A DNA stretch of 64,000 bases from an uncultured Bacteroidales bacterium (GCA_902770595.1 CACXTQ010000004.1:3445-67444); one strand, 5' to 3'. Shown: positions 7,847 through 17,576, counted from the first letter of the stretch. Notes: a model not told the origin generated them from the letters alone. Program-made: numbers and translations.

Positions 7847-10219
7847 TTATTTTCTGATAATCTTCCGGAATGTTCCATCGGGATCACGCACCAGTCGTAT
7901 GTTCCCCACCCCTGCATTGCTGCAAGGCGTACCATAGATGGTATAGTAGAGGGCAGGAGTTTTGTTCTCATCATTCGCTACACACTCTATGCCTTCGCCC
8001 GGGTCGATCGAAATGGTCGTGAAGACGACAGACTCGCAAGTGCCCACAGTTTGGGCCAAACGCATGCTGACTGATGGCTGCTCATATCGGAAGGTCTTCG
8101 TGTTGCCATTCAAATAGGTCACAGTCATTGCCCAGCCCGCTGCAGGGTTTCGGCTGTCGAGCCTCAGCTTGCGCCCCATCCAAGTGTAGCCGTCAAATCG
8201 GCTTTGGGTGAGCCCGACATTGTTGACCAGAATCGGATTCCCCTGCGGATAGATGGTCATCGGAACAACATCGCCCAACGAGAAATATTGTGCAAATTGA
8301 TTGTAAGCACGCAGGGGGCGCTGTTCGCAATAGGGTATCAGCCGTTCGTTGATAGTTTTGTCAAAGTCTGCATAGCTTACATCTTCGGTCATAGCAGCAA
8401 AGGTTGCTGCCACTTCGCTGTCGATTTCATCGCGCATTTGGCGGATGAGCGGCAACGTCACATCGGGGCGAAGGAAATCGCCGAGATAGGTACCCATGCG
8501 GTCGATGAAGGCCTCGCAGAACTCATCCATCATCAGCAATTTCTGTATCAGCCGATGTTTGATAGGCTGCAATGCCCATTTCCCTTCATTCCCCGTCACC
8601 ATAAGCCAATTGAGATAGTCGAAACCCAATTGGGAATTGGAGAAATAATCAAGGTCTTTCAGCACGAAATGCCACTTGCCCTGCTTCTTTCTCCACATAT
8701 ATACATTATTATGGGGGAAATCCTCATTCGTTGCAAAAGTCTCGCAGCAGAGATAGTCGATAAACTGGCTCATCTCCATGATGGTTTCGAAATCGGCAAA
8801 TGTCGAAGATTCGTCATCGATGAGCTGGAGCATATCGGCGTATGCTGGCGCATCGCTGTAGAAACTTTCCACAACATCCACCTCCTCCGTGATTCCATAA
8901 TTAGATTCCAGATAGTCCTCGTCAATCTTCTCTCTTAGTCCAAAGACGCCCTTGTATTCTCCATTGATATAACCGATGACGGGCGAATAGGCTATCCATT
9001 CGAGCGAATCCTTCCATCGGGCGAAGAGCCTTTGCGCCAGTGCATCCTCAAACCGTGTGTCGATACACCGATTGCCGCCATTGCGCAGACGAAATGACTT
9101 GACCCGGGTGACTTCCGGTTTGTCTGCGGGCCACAGTTGTGCCTTGAAGCGCTTCTTGCCAAAACGCTTGTTGGCATACAGCTTGAGTGACTTCTGCGAA
9201 TAGATACGCGATCCCAAACCACCCACAGCCGTTTCGCCAAGCTGATTGATAATGGCATCATCGCCCTGCTTTTCGAAATATTCGATGTTGACGGGACGAC
9301 GCCAATCCTTGTAGCAATTGCCCGTGCCCAAGGGCTGGCCGCCCAGCAGGATGCCGTGCTCTTCACTATAGAAATAAGCGCTGTCAGTCACCAGACTCAC
9401 GATGGGCAGCTGTAGCTCGCGGGGATGGAAGATGTAGGAGTGGGTGACAGCGCGCGAAGGCAAGGCATGAGTCGACAGGAGTTTGGCGCGGACGGTGATC
9501 GTCCGGTCGATCGGCAGACGGAACTCAGTCGCAGAAGGGGATTCGAGTATAGGTTCCTCTCCATTCGTGGTCATATAGATGCGGGTGTCGGATGGTAATT
9601 CATATCCCTCCGGCATCGTTATCTGTAGCTCCGCAGGTCCCGTCATGATACGCCCTGACAGACTGAACACGGGCGAAGGCAGTAACGTAGCCGAACCGCC
9701 GCCTTCGTTGGCAGCTCCGGGTGTCGGCTTCAGCTCATATTGCCATTCCGATTCGTCTTCGGTACAGCGACCGTATGCAATGTTCGGCGCAGGCATCTCG
9801 GGATGTCTAAGGCTGTCGATAATCTCCCCGTCCGGACTGAACAAGTAAATGCTTCCTCCTGAAGTAGATTCCAAACGAAAGTCAGTGTGAGTATCCTGCC
9901 CTTTCTTGTCGCAATAAATCAGTCGGTAGCCGTGGGCAGCCACATGATGGCTTTTGGGGAAAAGATACGAGGACTCGAAATCGGGTGCCAATCCTATCCT
10001 ATAGCCCTGGATGTTGATCGCCTTTCCTGTCGGATTGTAAAGCTCCACCCAAGAATCGGGGAAGTCGTGCTCCACCATCAGCTGGTCGATGTTCGACTGC
10101 ATAATCTCGTTGATGACGAGGTGTCCCGATTCATTCGAACCGAGAACGTCAGCCGAGGCAGTCGCTGGCAGCACACCAAGCGCAAGGCTTGCCGACAGGA
10201 GAGAAAGACGTTTCAACAT
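7847..10219 (-). CDS. Secreted CotH kinase family protein with LTD and T9SS CTD-like tail (paralog 2)
   Basis: Same architecture as 5441-7840: LVINEIMQSN...WVELYN, RLRNGGNRCIDTRFEDAL, KWHFVLKDLDYF. It starts 6 nt after the downstream paralog. Confidence 0.75.
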   Translation of the reverse strand: MLKRLSLLSASLALGVLPATASADVLGSNESGHLVINEIMQSNIDQLMVEHDFPDSWVELYNPTGKAINIQGYRIGLAPDFESSYLFPKSHHVAAHGYRLIYCDKKGQDTHTDFRLESTSGGSIYLFSPDGEIIDSLRHPEMPAPNIAYGRCTEDESEWQYELKPTPGAANEGGGSATLLPSPVFSLSGRIMTGPAELQITMPEGYELPSDTRIYMTTNGEEPILESPSATEFRLPIDRTITVRAKLLSTHALPSRAVTHSYIFHPRELQLPIVSLVTDSAYFYSEEHGILLGGQPLGTGNCYKDWRRPVNIEYFEKQGDDAIINQLGETAVGGLGSRIYSQKSLKLYANKRFGKKRFKAQLWPADKPEVTRVKSFRLRNGGNRCIDTRFEDALAQRLFARWKDSLEWIAYSPVIGYINGEYKGVFGLREKIDEDYLESNYGITEEVDVVESFYSDAPAYADMLQLIDDESSTFADFETIMEMSQFIDYLCCETFATNEDFPHNNVYMWRKKQGKWHFVLKDLDYFSNSQLGFDYLNWLMVTGNEGKWALQPIKHRLIQKLLMMDEFCEAFIDRMGTYLGDFLRPDVTLPLIRQMRDEIDSEVAATFAAMTEDVSYADFDKTINERLIPYCEQRPLRAYNQFAQYFSLGDVVPMTIYPQGNPILVNNVGLTQSRFDGYTWMGRKLRLDSRNPAAGWAMTVTYLNGNTKTFRYEQPSVSMRLAQTVGTCESVVFTTISIDPGEGIECVANDENKTPALYYTIYGTPCSNAGVGNIRLVRDPDGTFRKIIRK

Positions 10220-10223
10220 ATCA

Positions 10224-10272
10224 TTGTCCGTTTTTCCAATGCAAAAATAGGCGGTTTTGTCCGTTTTTCCAA
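10224..10272. repeat. Two copies of a 16-bp direct repeat TTGTCCGTTTTTCCAA (10224-10239 and 10257-10272)
   Basis: Read directly. The copies are spaced 33 bp start-to-start and bracket the -7 box at 10242-10249. Confidence 0.85.
10242..10249 (-). promoter_or_regulatory. Bacteroidota -7 promoter box (TATTTTTG on minus strand)
   Basis: Matches the TAnnTTTG consensus, 22 nt upstream of the ATG at 10219. This is the only sizeable gap (97 nt) inside the CotH gene train. Confidence 0.45.
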
Positions 10273-10316
10273 CATTTGCAGTGCAATCGCACCTGATTTT
10301 TAAAAATAATTAACGA

Positions 10317-11879
10317 CTAATAGAGGAAGAATCTTTCGGCCACGCTTTCCGAAAAGCCCACAGGAGGTTCGGGCGATTCGGTGATACTCCAGCTGGCGGG
10401 GTCGAAATCGGGGGAAGACAGGAGCGACTGCGTGCTCGGGAAGTCGTGGTCGAAGCGGAAGGTGCAGATCGGGATGCCCTGCGGGCCGATGAGCGAATAG
10501 TAGCTTCCGCTGCGACAATCGTCGAGGGCGGGTCCCAGATAATAGGGCTGCTGGCTGGAGCCGAGGGTGCGCTGCTCGGGGTGCTGTGCACCGCCGAAGG
10601 TGACAACAGTGCCGCTGCGGAGCAGAATACGACGGGTGTCATCGCAGTCAAGCGCTTCCTCCGAAGGGCCTTGTGTCGTGTAGGCGAACAGATTGCCTCC
10701 ATCGATGACGATGGCACCCGACTGGGCGTAATCGCTGTCGATAGCATCATCGCCCGTGCTGAAGCAGACTGTGGTTCCGCCTGCAAAAGTGATGGGCCCG
10801 GCGCTGTTCAGGCAGTCATCGTAACATTGCATAAAGATACGTCCGCCACTGATGTCGATGCACTCATCAGCCTTAATGCCCTGCGATGCATTGTCGGCAG
10901 TCTCAATGCTGATGTTACCGCCCTGGATGCAGACTGAGCTCTGCGTTCGTATGGCGGGACAGCCTTCCGTCAGTGTATGTCCGTCGGAGCTGGGGGTGTA
11001 GAGCGTCTTGCCCGTGCAGTGAATGTCAAGTTCAAGGGGGGTATCTTGATTTGAGCCAATAGTGACAGGTCCCTCGCACACGATTCCCTTGCCCGCCTCG
11101 CGTGTGGCATGAATCGACAATCGCCCCCCTCTCATTTCGAATGCCTCTTCTGCCATAATTGCGATGGGCGAGCAGATGACACCTATTTCCTTAATGCCTC
11201 GACTACTGTTGTCAATCGTAAGGGTGCCGCCTTCAATGTCAAGTGCACCGGCATGAATCGAATGCCCGACCTTTCCTTCAGTTAGGACGGTGAGGGTACC
11301 TGAACCCGAGAGCGTGAGTTGACCAGTGGCATAAATAGCAGCTTCGGGCGAATCACGATCCAGTTCGCTTGCTGTATGCCTGAGCGAGTTTTCGCCTTCG
11401 ATGAGGATGGTGTCAGCCGATGCCTTCGCCAGCCTGATGATTGATGGTCGGCTGCTGGAGAGCTCCAGTCCATTGAGATGAAGGCGAATGGGCTGGTCGG
11501 CTTCGACGAGAATCGACGCTTCGGATGCTTGTCCTTCAATTTCGATGTCCGTCACGAAGTTGCAGTGGCTCACCACCTTGACATGATTCCCGCTGCACTC
11601 GATCGTCAGTCCGTCGAAATAATAGGGATTGACCGTTGATACAAGGTCAGGGTCGAAACGTATGGATGCTCGCGACTGGAGTTGGGGAAAAGAGATGCTA
11701 TCAATGGTGGAAATAGGCACATAATACCCAGAAGTCTCAGCACGATGAACGACGAGCTGCTGTTCGGTTGCATCGAAGGTAATACTATCGATGCTGCTGA
11801 TGTCCGTCTGGATGCACTGCGCACCCAAATGGAGCTGAAAGGCTGTAGCCGCAAGAGGGAGGAGCAGAGGGAGGGTCAT
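10317..11879 (-). CDS. Secreted carbohydrate-binding beta-helix protein, Cthe_2159-like
   Basis: Signal peptide, then repetitive G-x-I/L beta-helix-like segments (ITFAGGTTVCFSTGDDAIDSDY..GAIVIDGGNLFAYT). It has a 4-nt ATGA overlap with the upstream CotH gene. The family call is from memory. Confidence 0.55.
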   Translation of the reverse strand: MTLPLLLPLAATAFQLHLGAQCIQTDISSIDSITFDATEQQLVVHRAETSGYYVPISTIDSISFPQLQSRASIRFDPDLVSTVNPYYFDGLTIECSGNHVKVVSHCNFVTDIEIEGQASEASILVEADQPIRLHLNGLELSSSRPSIIRLAKASADTILIEGENSLRHTASELDRDSPEAAIYATGQLTLSGSGTLTVLTEGKVGHSIHAGALDIEGGTLTIDNSSRGIKEIGVICSPIAIMAEEAFEMRGGRLSIHATREAGKGIVCEGPVTIGSNQDTPLELDIHCTGKTLYTPSSDGHTLTEGCPAIRTQSSVCIQGGNISIETADNASQGIKADECIDISGGRIFMQCYDDCLNSAGPITFAGGTTVCFSTGDDAIDSDYAQSGAIVIDGGNLFAYTTQGPSEEALDCDDTRRILLRSGTVVTFGGAQHPEQRTLGSSQQPYYLGPALDDCRSGSYYSLIGPQGIPICTFRFDHDFPSTQSLLSSPDFDPASWSITESPEPPVGFSESVAERFFLY

Positions 11880-14275
11880 GGGCAGAATGTTTTGCGTGTA
11901 TTTCCATTCGAATCACGTATGATGCTGAGGCCTCTTGATGTGGACTGGATTGGGCGACCAACGAGGTCAAAGCATTGTTGCGGAGCCGCATGACCGATCG
12001 TGATGTTTTCAATGCCCAATTGGTCAATAGGCGTGGGATCGAAGCGAATGCTTGAGAAACCTGTGCCGTAGTCGGCGAGGCAGAACGAGAGCGAAGAGCG
12101 ACGTCGTTCGAGGGTCTGCGTACGGCCCAATGCATCGGTGAGTGTGATGCGCCACCCCAGCTCGTCATTGCCGGTGTCGAGGCGAACGGAACGACTTGAA
12201 AACAGAGCGCCGTCGAAGTCTCCTTCGGTAAGGCGGATGCCATTGACCTTAATGCAGAGTGACTCCCAGTTCAACCCATCGTCATCACTATAAAGCGTGC
12301 TGATGCGCATTGGCACGACTTCGCCCAGTCCGTAATAGGCCGCCAGATGCCGATAGTGTATCATCGGGCGCTGCTCCAGATAAGGGATGAGCATACGGTC
12401 GATGCGATCGGCAAAATCAGCGTAGGTTACACCCTCGTCGAGCACTTCGAAGGTAGCCGGAATCTCGTCTTCAATCTCGGCACGCATTTGCTGAACCATG
12501 GGTACGGTAACAGAGGGTTTGCAGAAGTCGCCCAAATAGGTCTGCATGCGGTCGAGAAAAGCATCCTGGAACTCCTTCATACCGAACAGGACAGCGTAGA
12601 GGCGACGACAATTGTAGTTCGAACCCCATGTGCCCTCTGAACCTTGCAGGGTGATGAAGTTGTACCAGTTGGTAGTAGGAGCTGTGGAGGCCAATTCATC
12701 AAGGTCCTTCAAAACAGGATGAATGCGGCAGTCGGGATCGTCGGGACGAAGTGTGTCGCCATGCACCCACATGAAGACGTTGGCTGATGGGAAGAGCGTA
12801 TTGGTGGCAAAGGCCTGGCAGCACGTGTAGTCGAGCAGCAAGGGCATGTCGAAGTAACGGCAAAGTGCCTCGTAGGTTGGGTTGTCGCTCCATATCAGGT
12901 CGCGGATAGGCTGGTAAATAGGGTCGGCACTGTCCATATCCTCGATTTCAGTTACTTCGTCCTCATCGATACCATAGTTATTGTCTGCAAAAGTGTTGTT
13001 GGCGCGTTCGCGCAGGTCGTACAGGCCACGGTAACGTCCATTTATATAGACAATGACGGGGCGATAGTCGAGGTATTCGAGTGTGTCGATGTGTTCTGCA
13101 AAGAGGAGCTGCACGAAAGCATCTTCAAACCGCGAGTCAGCACAGCGGCTACCGCCATTACGCAGGCAGAAGGTCTTGGTTTGAGTAATGTGCGGCTTAT
13201 GGGGCCAGAAACGCGATGAGTCGAAGCGTTTGCGCTGCCATCGTTTGCCGGTGTAGAGGTTCATGGCCTTCTGATTGTGGAGCATGGACCCTGCGCCGTG
13301 CATGCCAGCTTCGCCCAACTGATTGAGGATGGCTCGGTCTGGTTGCTCCTGCTCGTACATCTCGAAGTGGATGGGGCGACGCCAGCCCTTGTAGCAGTTG
13401 GCGTGATAGTCCGAGCCAATCAGCATGCCGAGGCTGTCGCCCCAGAGCAGCAGGCTGTCGCACGTGAGCGAGAAGACGGGCAGCCGGGTGGCACGCGGAT
13501 GGAGGATGTAGCTGTGAGTGGCCGGCACATTGGTGAGGCCCTGTGCGGAAAGGAGCCGTGCACGTACGACCGTAGTGCGATTGAGGGTGATGCGGAAGGG
13601 ATTGTCGCGCGTGTAGCCGGGCGAATCGGTGGTAGGGAACGAACCATCGGTAGTGACGTAGAGCCGCGTGTCGGCAGGCAGGTCGGACAAATCAGGGATG
13701 GATACGGTGAGTTCCTGCCCCGCATGGTCGAGCAAACGGCCCGTGAGGCTGAATGTGGGGGCGGGCATCAGATAATGGGTGAAGACACCCTGGTTGGGCG
13801 TGCCCGGCGTAGGGGTCACTTCGTAGTCCCACTCTTCGCCACCATCAACAGTCCGCCCATAGGCCACGCCGGGAGCAGGCTGCTGGCGATGGCGCAGCGA
13901 ATCGACTATCGTGCCGCTCGCGTCCCACAGATAGATGGTGCATTCGTGGGCATCGAGGTGGAAGTCGGTGTGCTGGTAGCCGTTATCGACCTTGTCGCAA
14001 TAGACCAGCAGGTGACTGGAAGCGCCAATGTGCATCGAGTGGCTGAACTCCCAGGCGGTGTCGAAATTGCGCTCCAGACCTATGCGCCAGCTCTGGATGT
14101 TGGTAGCCTTCCTGCTGTCATTATAAAGCTCGACCCACGAGTCGGGGAAATCGCCCTTATACATGATGCAATTGACGTTGCTCTGCATGATCTCGTTGAT
14201 CACGACGTTTTGCGCCCCGACTTGCAGAGAGGAGGCGGAGAGAAGAGCAACGAGGATTGTGAGAAGGCGTTTCAT
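11876..14275 (-). CDS. Secreted CotH kinase family protein with LTD and T9SS CTD-like tail (paralog 3)
   Basis: VVINEIMQSN...WVELYN. Long stretches are near-identical in protein to 5441-7840 (YKGWRRP..., KTFCLRNGGSRCADSRFEDAFVQLLFA). The tail is CFDLVGRPI...NTRKTFCP. Confidence 0.75.
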   Translation of the reverse strand: MKRLLTILVALLSASSLQVGAQNVVINEIMQSNVNCIMYKGDFPDSWVELYNDSRKATNIQSWRIGLERNFDTAWEFSHSMHIGASSHLLVYCDKVDNGYQHTDFHLDAHECTIYLWDASGTIVDSLRHRQQPAPGVAYGRTVDGGEEWDYEVTPTPGTPNQGVFTHYLMPAPTFSLTGRLLDHAGQELTVSIPDLSDLPADTRLYVTTDGSFPTTDSPGYTRDNPFRITLNRTTVVRARLLSAQGLTNVPATHSYILHPRATRLPVFSLTCDSLLLWGDSLGMLIGSDYHANCYKGWRRPIHFEMYEQEQPDRAILNQLGEAGMHGAGSMLHNQKAMNLYTGKRWQRKRFDSSRFWPHKPHITQTKTFCLRNGGSRCADSRFEDAFVQLLFAEHIDTLEYLDYRPVIVYINGRYRGLYDLRERANNTFADNNYGIDEDEVTEIEDMDSADPIYQPIRDLIWSDNPTYEALCRYFDMPLLLDYTCCQAFATNTLFPSANVFMWVHGDTLRPDDPDCRIHPVLKDLDELASTAPTTNWYNFITLQGSEGTWGSNYNCRRLYAVLFGMKEFQDAFLDRMQTYLGDFCKPSVTVPMVQQMRAEIEDEIPATFEVLDEGVTYADFADRIDRMLIPYLEQRPMIHYRHLAAYYGLGEVVPMRISTLYSDDDGLNWESLCIKVNGIRLTEGDFDGALFSSRSVRLDTGNDELGWRITLTDALGRTQTLERRRSSLSFCLADYGTGFSSIRFDPTPIDQLGIENITIGHAAPQQCFDLVGRPIQSTSRGLSIIRDSNGNTRKTFCP

Positions 14276-14334
14276 AAGAAATTATTTACTACTCAAGTTT
14301 CACATTAGTTCAACTTGCCGGATTTGAACGGGAG

Positions 14335-16158
14335 TCATCTGATCATGACGACACGCGAGGTGCCGTCGTCGTAGCGCACGATGTTGATGCCACGAGCAAG
14401 GCTGGTGCGCGGCGTGCCATCGGGAGCAAGCACGGCAATGGCACGAGCCGAGGCAGGGGCTGCTACCTCGTCGAGACCCTCGGGTGGAGTGTAGCCGAAG
14501 TAGGAGTCTTCGAGCGCGATACGTTCGTCGATCCATGCGTCCAGACGCTCGAGGCTGTCGGTGTAGCCGAGCTGCTGATAAGGACGGACGCCCTGGGTGA
14601 CAGAGGAGGCAATCCAGACTCGGCGAGCCAGACGACAGATGTCGCCCGGCTGATAGGTGACATCCTCTTTCCATTCGGGCAGGTGGTTGAAGTGGTCGGT
14701 CCAGTCGTCGGAGGCTTCCCATCCGGGGTTGGTGATAGTCTGACTGATGCACAGGGCGTTGGGCCAGCGTGCCCACTCCATGTCGTAGAGGTCGCCGCCG
14801 ATGCGGTCATGCCAGTCGTGGATGAGTACTGAGATGTTCTTTGGGCTGAAGACACCGCAGTCGCGCAGCTCGGCGTAGCGCGCCCGTATTTCATCCTTAT
14901 AGTAGTCCCAGAACCACGTGGCGATACCACGCCTCGAGATCTTGAAGCGATAGTCGCTGTCGCTATACGAGAATCGCGCCGGAAAGACAAGCGTGCCTTC
15001 ATGATAGTTGCCGAAAGTACAGTCAAGGTCATAGGGGGCTACGTGCCACGTTTCTCCACCATCGTAGGTAAGCCATTGCCAGTTTTTGGCAAAGCCGTCG
15101 TAGTTGCTTATCACCGTGCTGAACACGAGATAATTGACCATCGACGTGACATCGAAGTGGCGGGCAATGGCCGCACGAATCTCCTCGGCCGAGGCTCCGC
15201 TTTGCTTCAGGTTGGCCACTTCACCTACCCTTCGTGTCAGGGCGATAACGGCCTGTTTGACATAGGCCGAACGTTGCTTGGCCTGGCGCACCTCCTGCGA
15301 ATCGCCGGGCCTCGAATAGTAGGGCGAACTGCTGTCGATGAGTTCGTCGCCTTCGTCATAGGCATTGCCCTCCATGTCGTAAAGCCCCTTGGGATTACGC
15401 ACCTCGAACGCACTCCACTTCAGGTTATCGAACCAGAAGTTCGTCTCGTTCATGTTGCCGTCGAGGTGGATGTGGAGGGCATTGTGCTTCTCCTGAGCCA
15501 TGTTGCGGCGATGCTTGGCGAGCTGCCAGGTGCAGATGCCCCAGAACTCGCCGTTGAGGAACATCATGCAGGGGAAGCCGTCGGGATAGCAGCGTGCATT
15601 CTTGTGTCCCTCCACGCCTGCACGCTTCCAGATGCGGTTGCTCGAAGCAGGCATCTGCTGCTCCATCTGGTCGAAGAGCTGGTAGCCTACGATACCGACA
15701 CCACGCAGCCAGTCGGTGTAGAAAGCCTTGAGGTGGAAATGGTCCTGTTTTACCCATCCGTCAAAATCCACAGTGGGCACCGTTTCGCCCTGCCAGTCAT
15801 CGTCGATGAGCTGCAGCTTGACATTGCGTTTGGGGAAAGAGGTGGAGGTGGCACCCTGCACATTGACGATGGCCCGCTTCATGAAGTAATTGCCCATAGA
15901 ATCGAAATATTCGATGGTATCACGGAAGTTGGAGGTGTTGGTGTAAGGGATTCCGTACTTTGAGCGAAGGTTGATGTAGGCCAAGCGGGGCTGAGGCAGA
16001 TTGATGTCCGACTCATGGCTCCAGTCGTGGGTCTGACCGAGAACGAATCCATACAAGCGGATGGTCTGCTCATAGTTGCTGGTCTGTGCGTGGCTCGGAA
16101 AGAGAAGACTGAGAAGCAGTGAGGAGAGTAAGAGGAATTTCAGCATCGTTAGTTGCAA
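14335..16158 (-). CDS. Secreted CotH kinase family protein (shorter form without LTD) with T9SS CTD-like tail
   Basis: Signal peptide. The canonical CotH-like motif WHVAPYDLDCTFGN is present. The C-terminus is VLAPDGTPR...GINIVRYDDGTSRVVMIR. Confidence 0.75.
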   Translation of the reverse strand: MQLTMLKFLLLSSLLLSLLFPSHAQTSNYEQTIRLYGFVLGQTHDWSHESDINLPQPRLAYINLRSKYGIPYTNTSNFRDTIEYFDSMGNYFMKRAIVNVQGATSTSFPKRNVKLQLIDDDWQGETVPTVDFDGWVKQDHFHLKAFYTDWLRGVGIVGYQLFDQMEQQMPASSNRIWKRAGVEGHKNARCYPDGFPCMMFLNGEFWGICTWQLAKHRRNMAQEKHNALHIHLDGNMNETNFWFDNLKWSAFEVRNPKGLYDMEGNAYDEGDELIDSSSPYYSRPGDSQEVRQAKQRSAYVKQAVIALTRRVGEVANLKQSGASAEEIRAAIARHFDVTSMVNYLVFSTVISNYDGFAKNWQWLTYDGGETWHVAPYDLDCTFGNYHEGTLVFPARFSYSDSDYRFKISRRGIATWFWDYYKDEIRARYAELRDCGVFSPKNISVLIHDWHDRIGGDLYDMEWARWPNALCISQTITNPGWEASDDWTDHFNHLPEWKEDVTYQPGDICRLARRVWIASSVTQGVRPYQQLGYTDSLERLDAWIDERIALEDSYFGYTPPEGLDEVAAPASARAIAVLAPDGTPRTSLARGINIVRYDDGTSRVVMIR

Positions 16159-16268
16159 TGAGTTCGAATAAAACAGACGTTTTCTCTCCTAAAACCATAA
16201 AGCCAAACACCCGGAGCTCGGCTCCAGGCATCTGGCTTTATAGGGTTGACGAAACGCAGAGCGCTTGC

Positions 16269-16760
16269 TTAATAGGCAGGGATGAGCAGCCAGGCAGCAG
16301 GGCAGGTGCCGGGATCGTCGTTGGCGTAGGTCGAACGGATGTTGTCACGCACGCTCACAGCCTGTGCACGGGTGTCATAGCCGCCAGCTACTACACGATA
16401 GAGACCAGCCTCATTCTGTACGAGGAAGGCATTGTAGCCACGGCTCACCATCTTGGCCTTGAAGTTGTCGGCGTTGGTCTTGTTGCTGAATGCGCCTACC
16501 ACAACATTGTAGTCCTTCAGGAGTCCGGCATCGCCGCTATTCACCACCGAAACCTTCTCCTGGCGGTCACCGGCCTGGGCCACTGGTGTGGTACGGGTCG
16601 TGGTGCGGGTAGGAGTAGTGTAGGTGATTGGCTCCACCTCCTTCACTTCCTCGGTAGGAGATGCTACGGTAGCAGCGTCGGAAAGGGTTTTAGAACTTTT
16701 GCAGCCAGTCATTGCGACAGCTGCAACAATGGCAAAGGCCATCAAGAGTGTCTTCTTCAT
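16269..16760 (-). CDS. SPOR domain lipoprotein
   Basis: ATG at 16760 gives MKKTLLMAFAIVAAVAMTGC (lipobox). The C-terminus VVVGAFSNKTNADNFKAKM...YRVVAGGYDTRAQA is SPOR-like. Confidence 0.75.
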   Translation of the reverse strand: MKKTLLMAFAIVAAVAMTGCKSSKTLSDAATVASPTEEVKEVEPITYTTPTRTTTRTTPVAQAGDRQEKVSVVNSGDAGLLKDYNVVVGAFSNKTNADNFKAKMVSRGYNAFLVQNEAGLYRVVAGGYDTRAQAVSVRDNIRSTYANDDPGTCPAAWLLIPAY

Positions 16761-16804
16761 ATTTATTTGGGTTAAGTAATAGATATTTTTATCAAATTTG
16801 GGGG

Positions 16805-16812
16805 CAAATTTA
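16805..16812 (-). promoter_or_regulatory. -7 promoter box (TAAATTTG on minus strand)
   Basis: TAnnTTTG match 44 nt upstream of the SPOR gene ATG. Confidence 0.45.
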
Positions 16813-16886
16813 CGCAACAAATCCGTAGAAAGCAAATTTTTCGTCTAAAAAAAACTGAAATACTTGGAAAAATGCCAAAAAAGCCG

Positions 16887-16894
16887 TAATTTTG
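16887..16894 (+). promoter_or_regulatory. -7 promoter box (TAATTTTG)
   Basis: TAnnTTTG match 28 nt upstream of the queC ATG. Confidence 0.5.
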
Positions 16895-16922
16895 CAGCGA
16901 TATATGGATTAAAAGCGTCAAT

Positions 16923-17570
16923 ATGAAAGACAGTATCATTATCCTCAGCGGTGGCATGGACAGCGTGACACTGCTCCATGAATTCCAGGAGCGCATCGCC
17001 CTGGCCGTCACCTTCGACTATCATTCACGCCACGCCGAGCACGAGATAGCCTGCGCGCGCTGGCAGTGTCACAAACTCGGCATACCCCATCTCGTCATCA
17101 ATATTGACTTCATGGAGCAGTACTTCCGCTCCAGTCTCCTCAAGAATGGCTACGAAGAGATACCCGACGGACAATACGACGAAACGACGATGAAATCGAC
17201 CGTCGTTCCCTTCCGCAATGGTGTCATGCTCAGCATCGCCGCCGGCATCGCCGAAAGCCAGGGCTTGCAGCACGTGCTCATGGCCAACCACTCGGGCGAC
17301 CATTTCGTCTATCCCGACTGCCGCCCCGACTTTGTCGTTGCCATGAGCCACGCCATCGAAGAAGGCACCACCAACGGCGTTACGCTCTTCGCCCCCTACA
17401 CTCCCCTCTCGAAGCGCGAAATCGCGCTGCGTGGCCGCGAGTTAGGCGTCGATTATTCGCACACCTACTCCTGCTACAAGGGTCACGACCGCCACTGCGG
17501 AACCTGCGGCACCTGCATCGAGCGCAAGGAAGCTCTCGAAGGTTTCGACCCCACAGAGTATGAAGCGTAA
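16923..17570 (+). CDS. queC: 7-cyano-7-deazaguanine synthase QueC
   Basis: MKDSIIILSGGMDSVTLL (PP-loop SGGxDS) and a C-terminal CGTCGTCIERK zinc-cysteine cluster. Length is 215 aa. Confidence 0.9.
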   Translation: MKDSIIILSGGMDSVTLLHEFQERIALAVTFDYHSRHAEHEIACARWQCHKLGIPHLVINIDFMEQYFRSSLLKNGYEEIPDGQYDETTMKSTVVPFRNGVMLSIAAGIAESQGLQHVLMANHSGDHFVYPDCRPDFVVAMSHAIEEGTTNGVTLFAPYTPLSKREIALRGRELGVDYSHTYSCYKGHDRHCGTCGTCIERKEALEGFDPTEYEA

Positions 17571-17576
17571 GCAGAA

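Noticed and set aside
2441-16158. Possibility that the CotH/tailspike region is a prophage or integrative element
   Set aside because: No integrase, transposase, tRNA target, terminase, capsid or conjugation genes are visible, and no flanking direct repeats. Only the 2.4-5.4 kb part is compositionally foreign. I report it as an acquired block at the end of a gene train, not as a mobile element.
16836-16922. A preQ1 riboswitch upstream of queC
   Set aside because: The -7 box at 16887-16894 leaves only ~20 nt of leader, and I could not see the conserved preQ1-I/II stem and A-rich tail pattern in 16836-16922.
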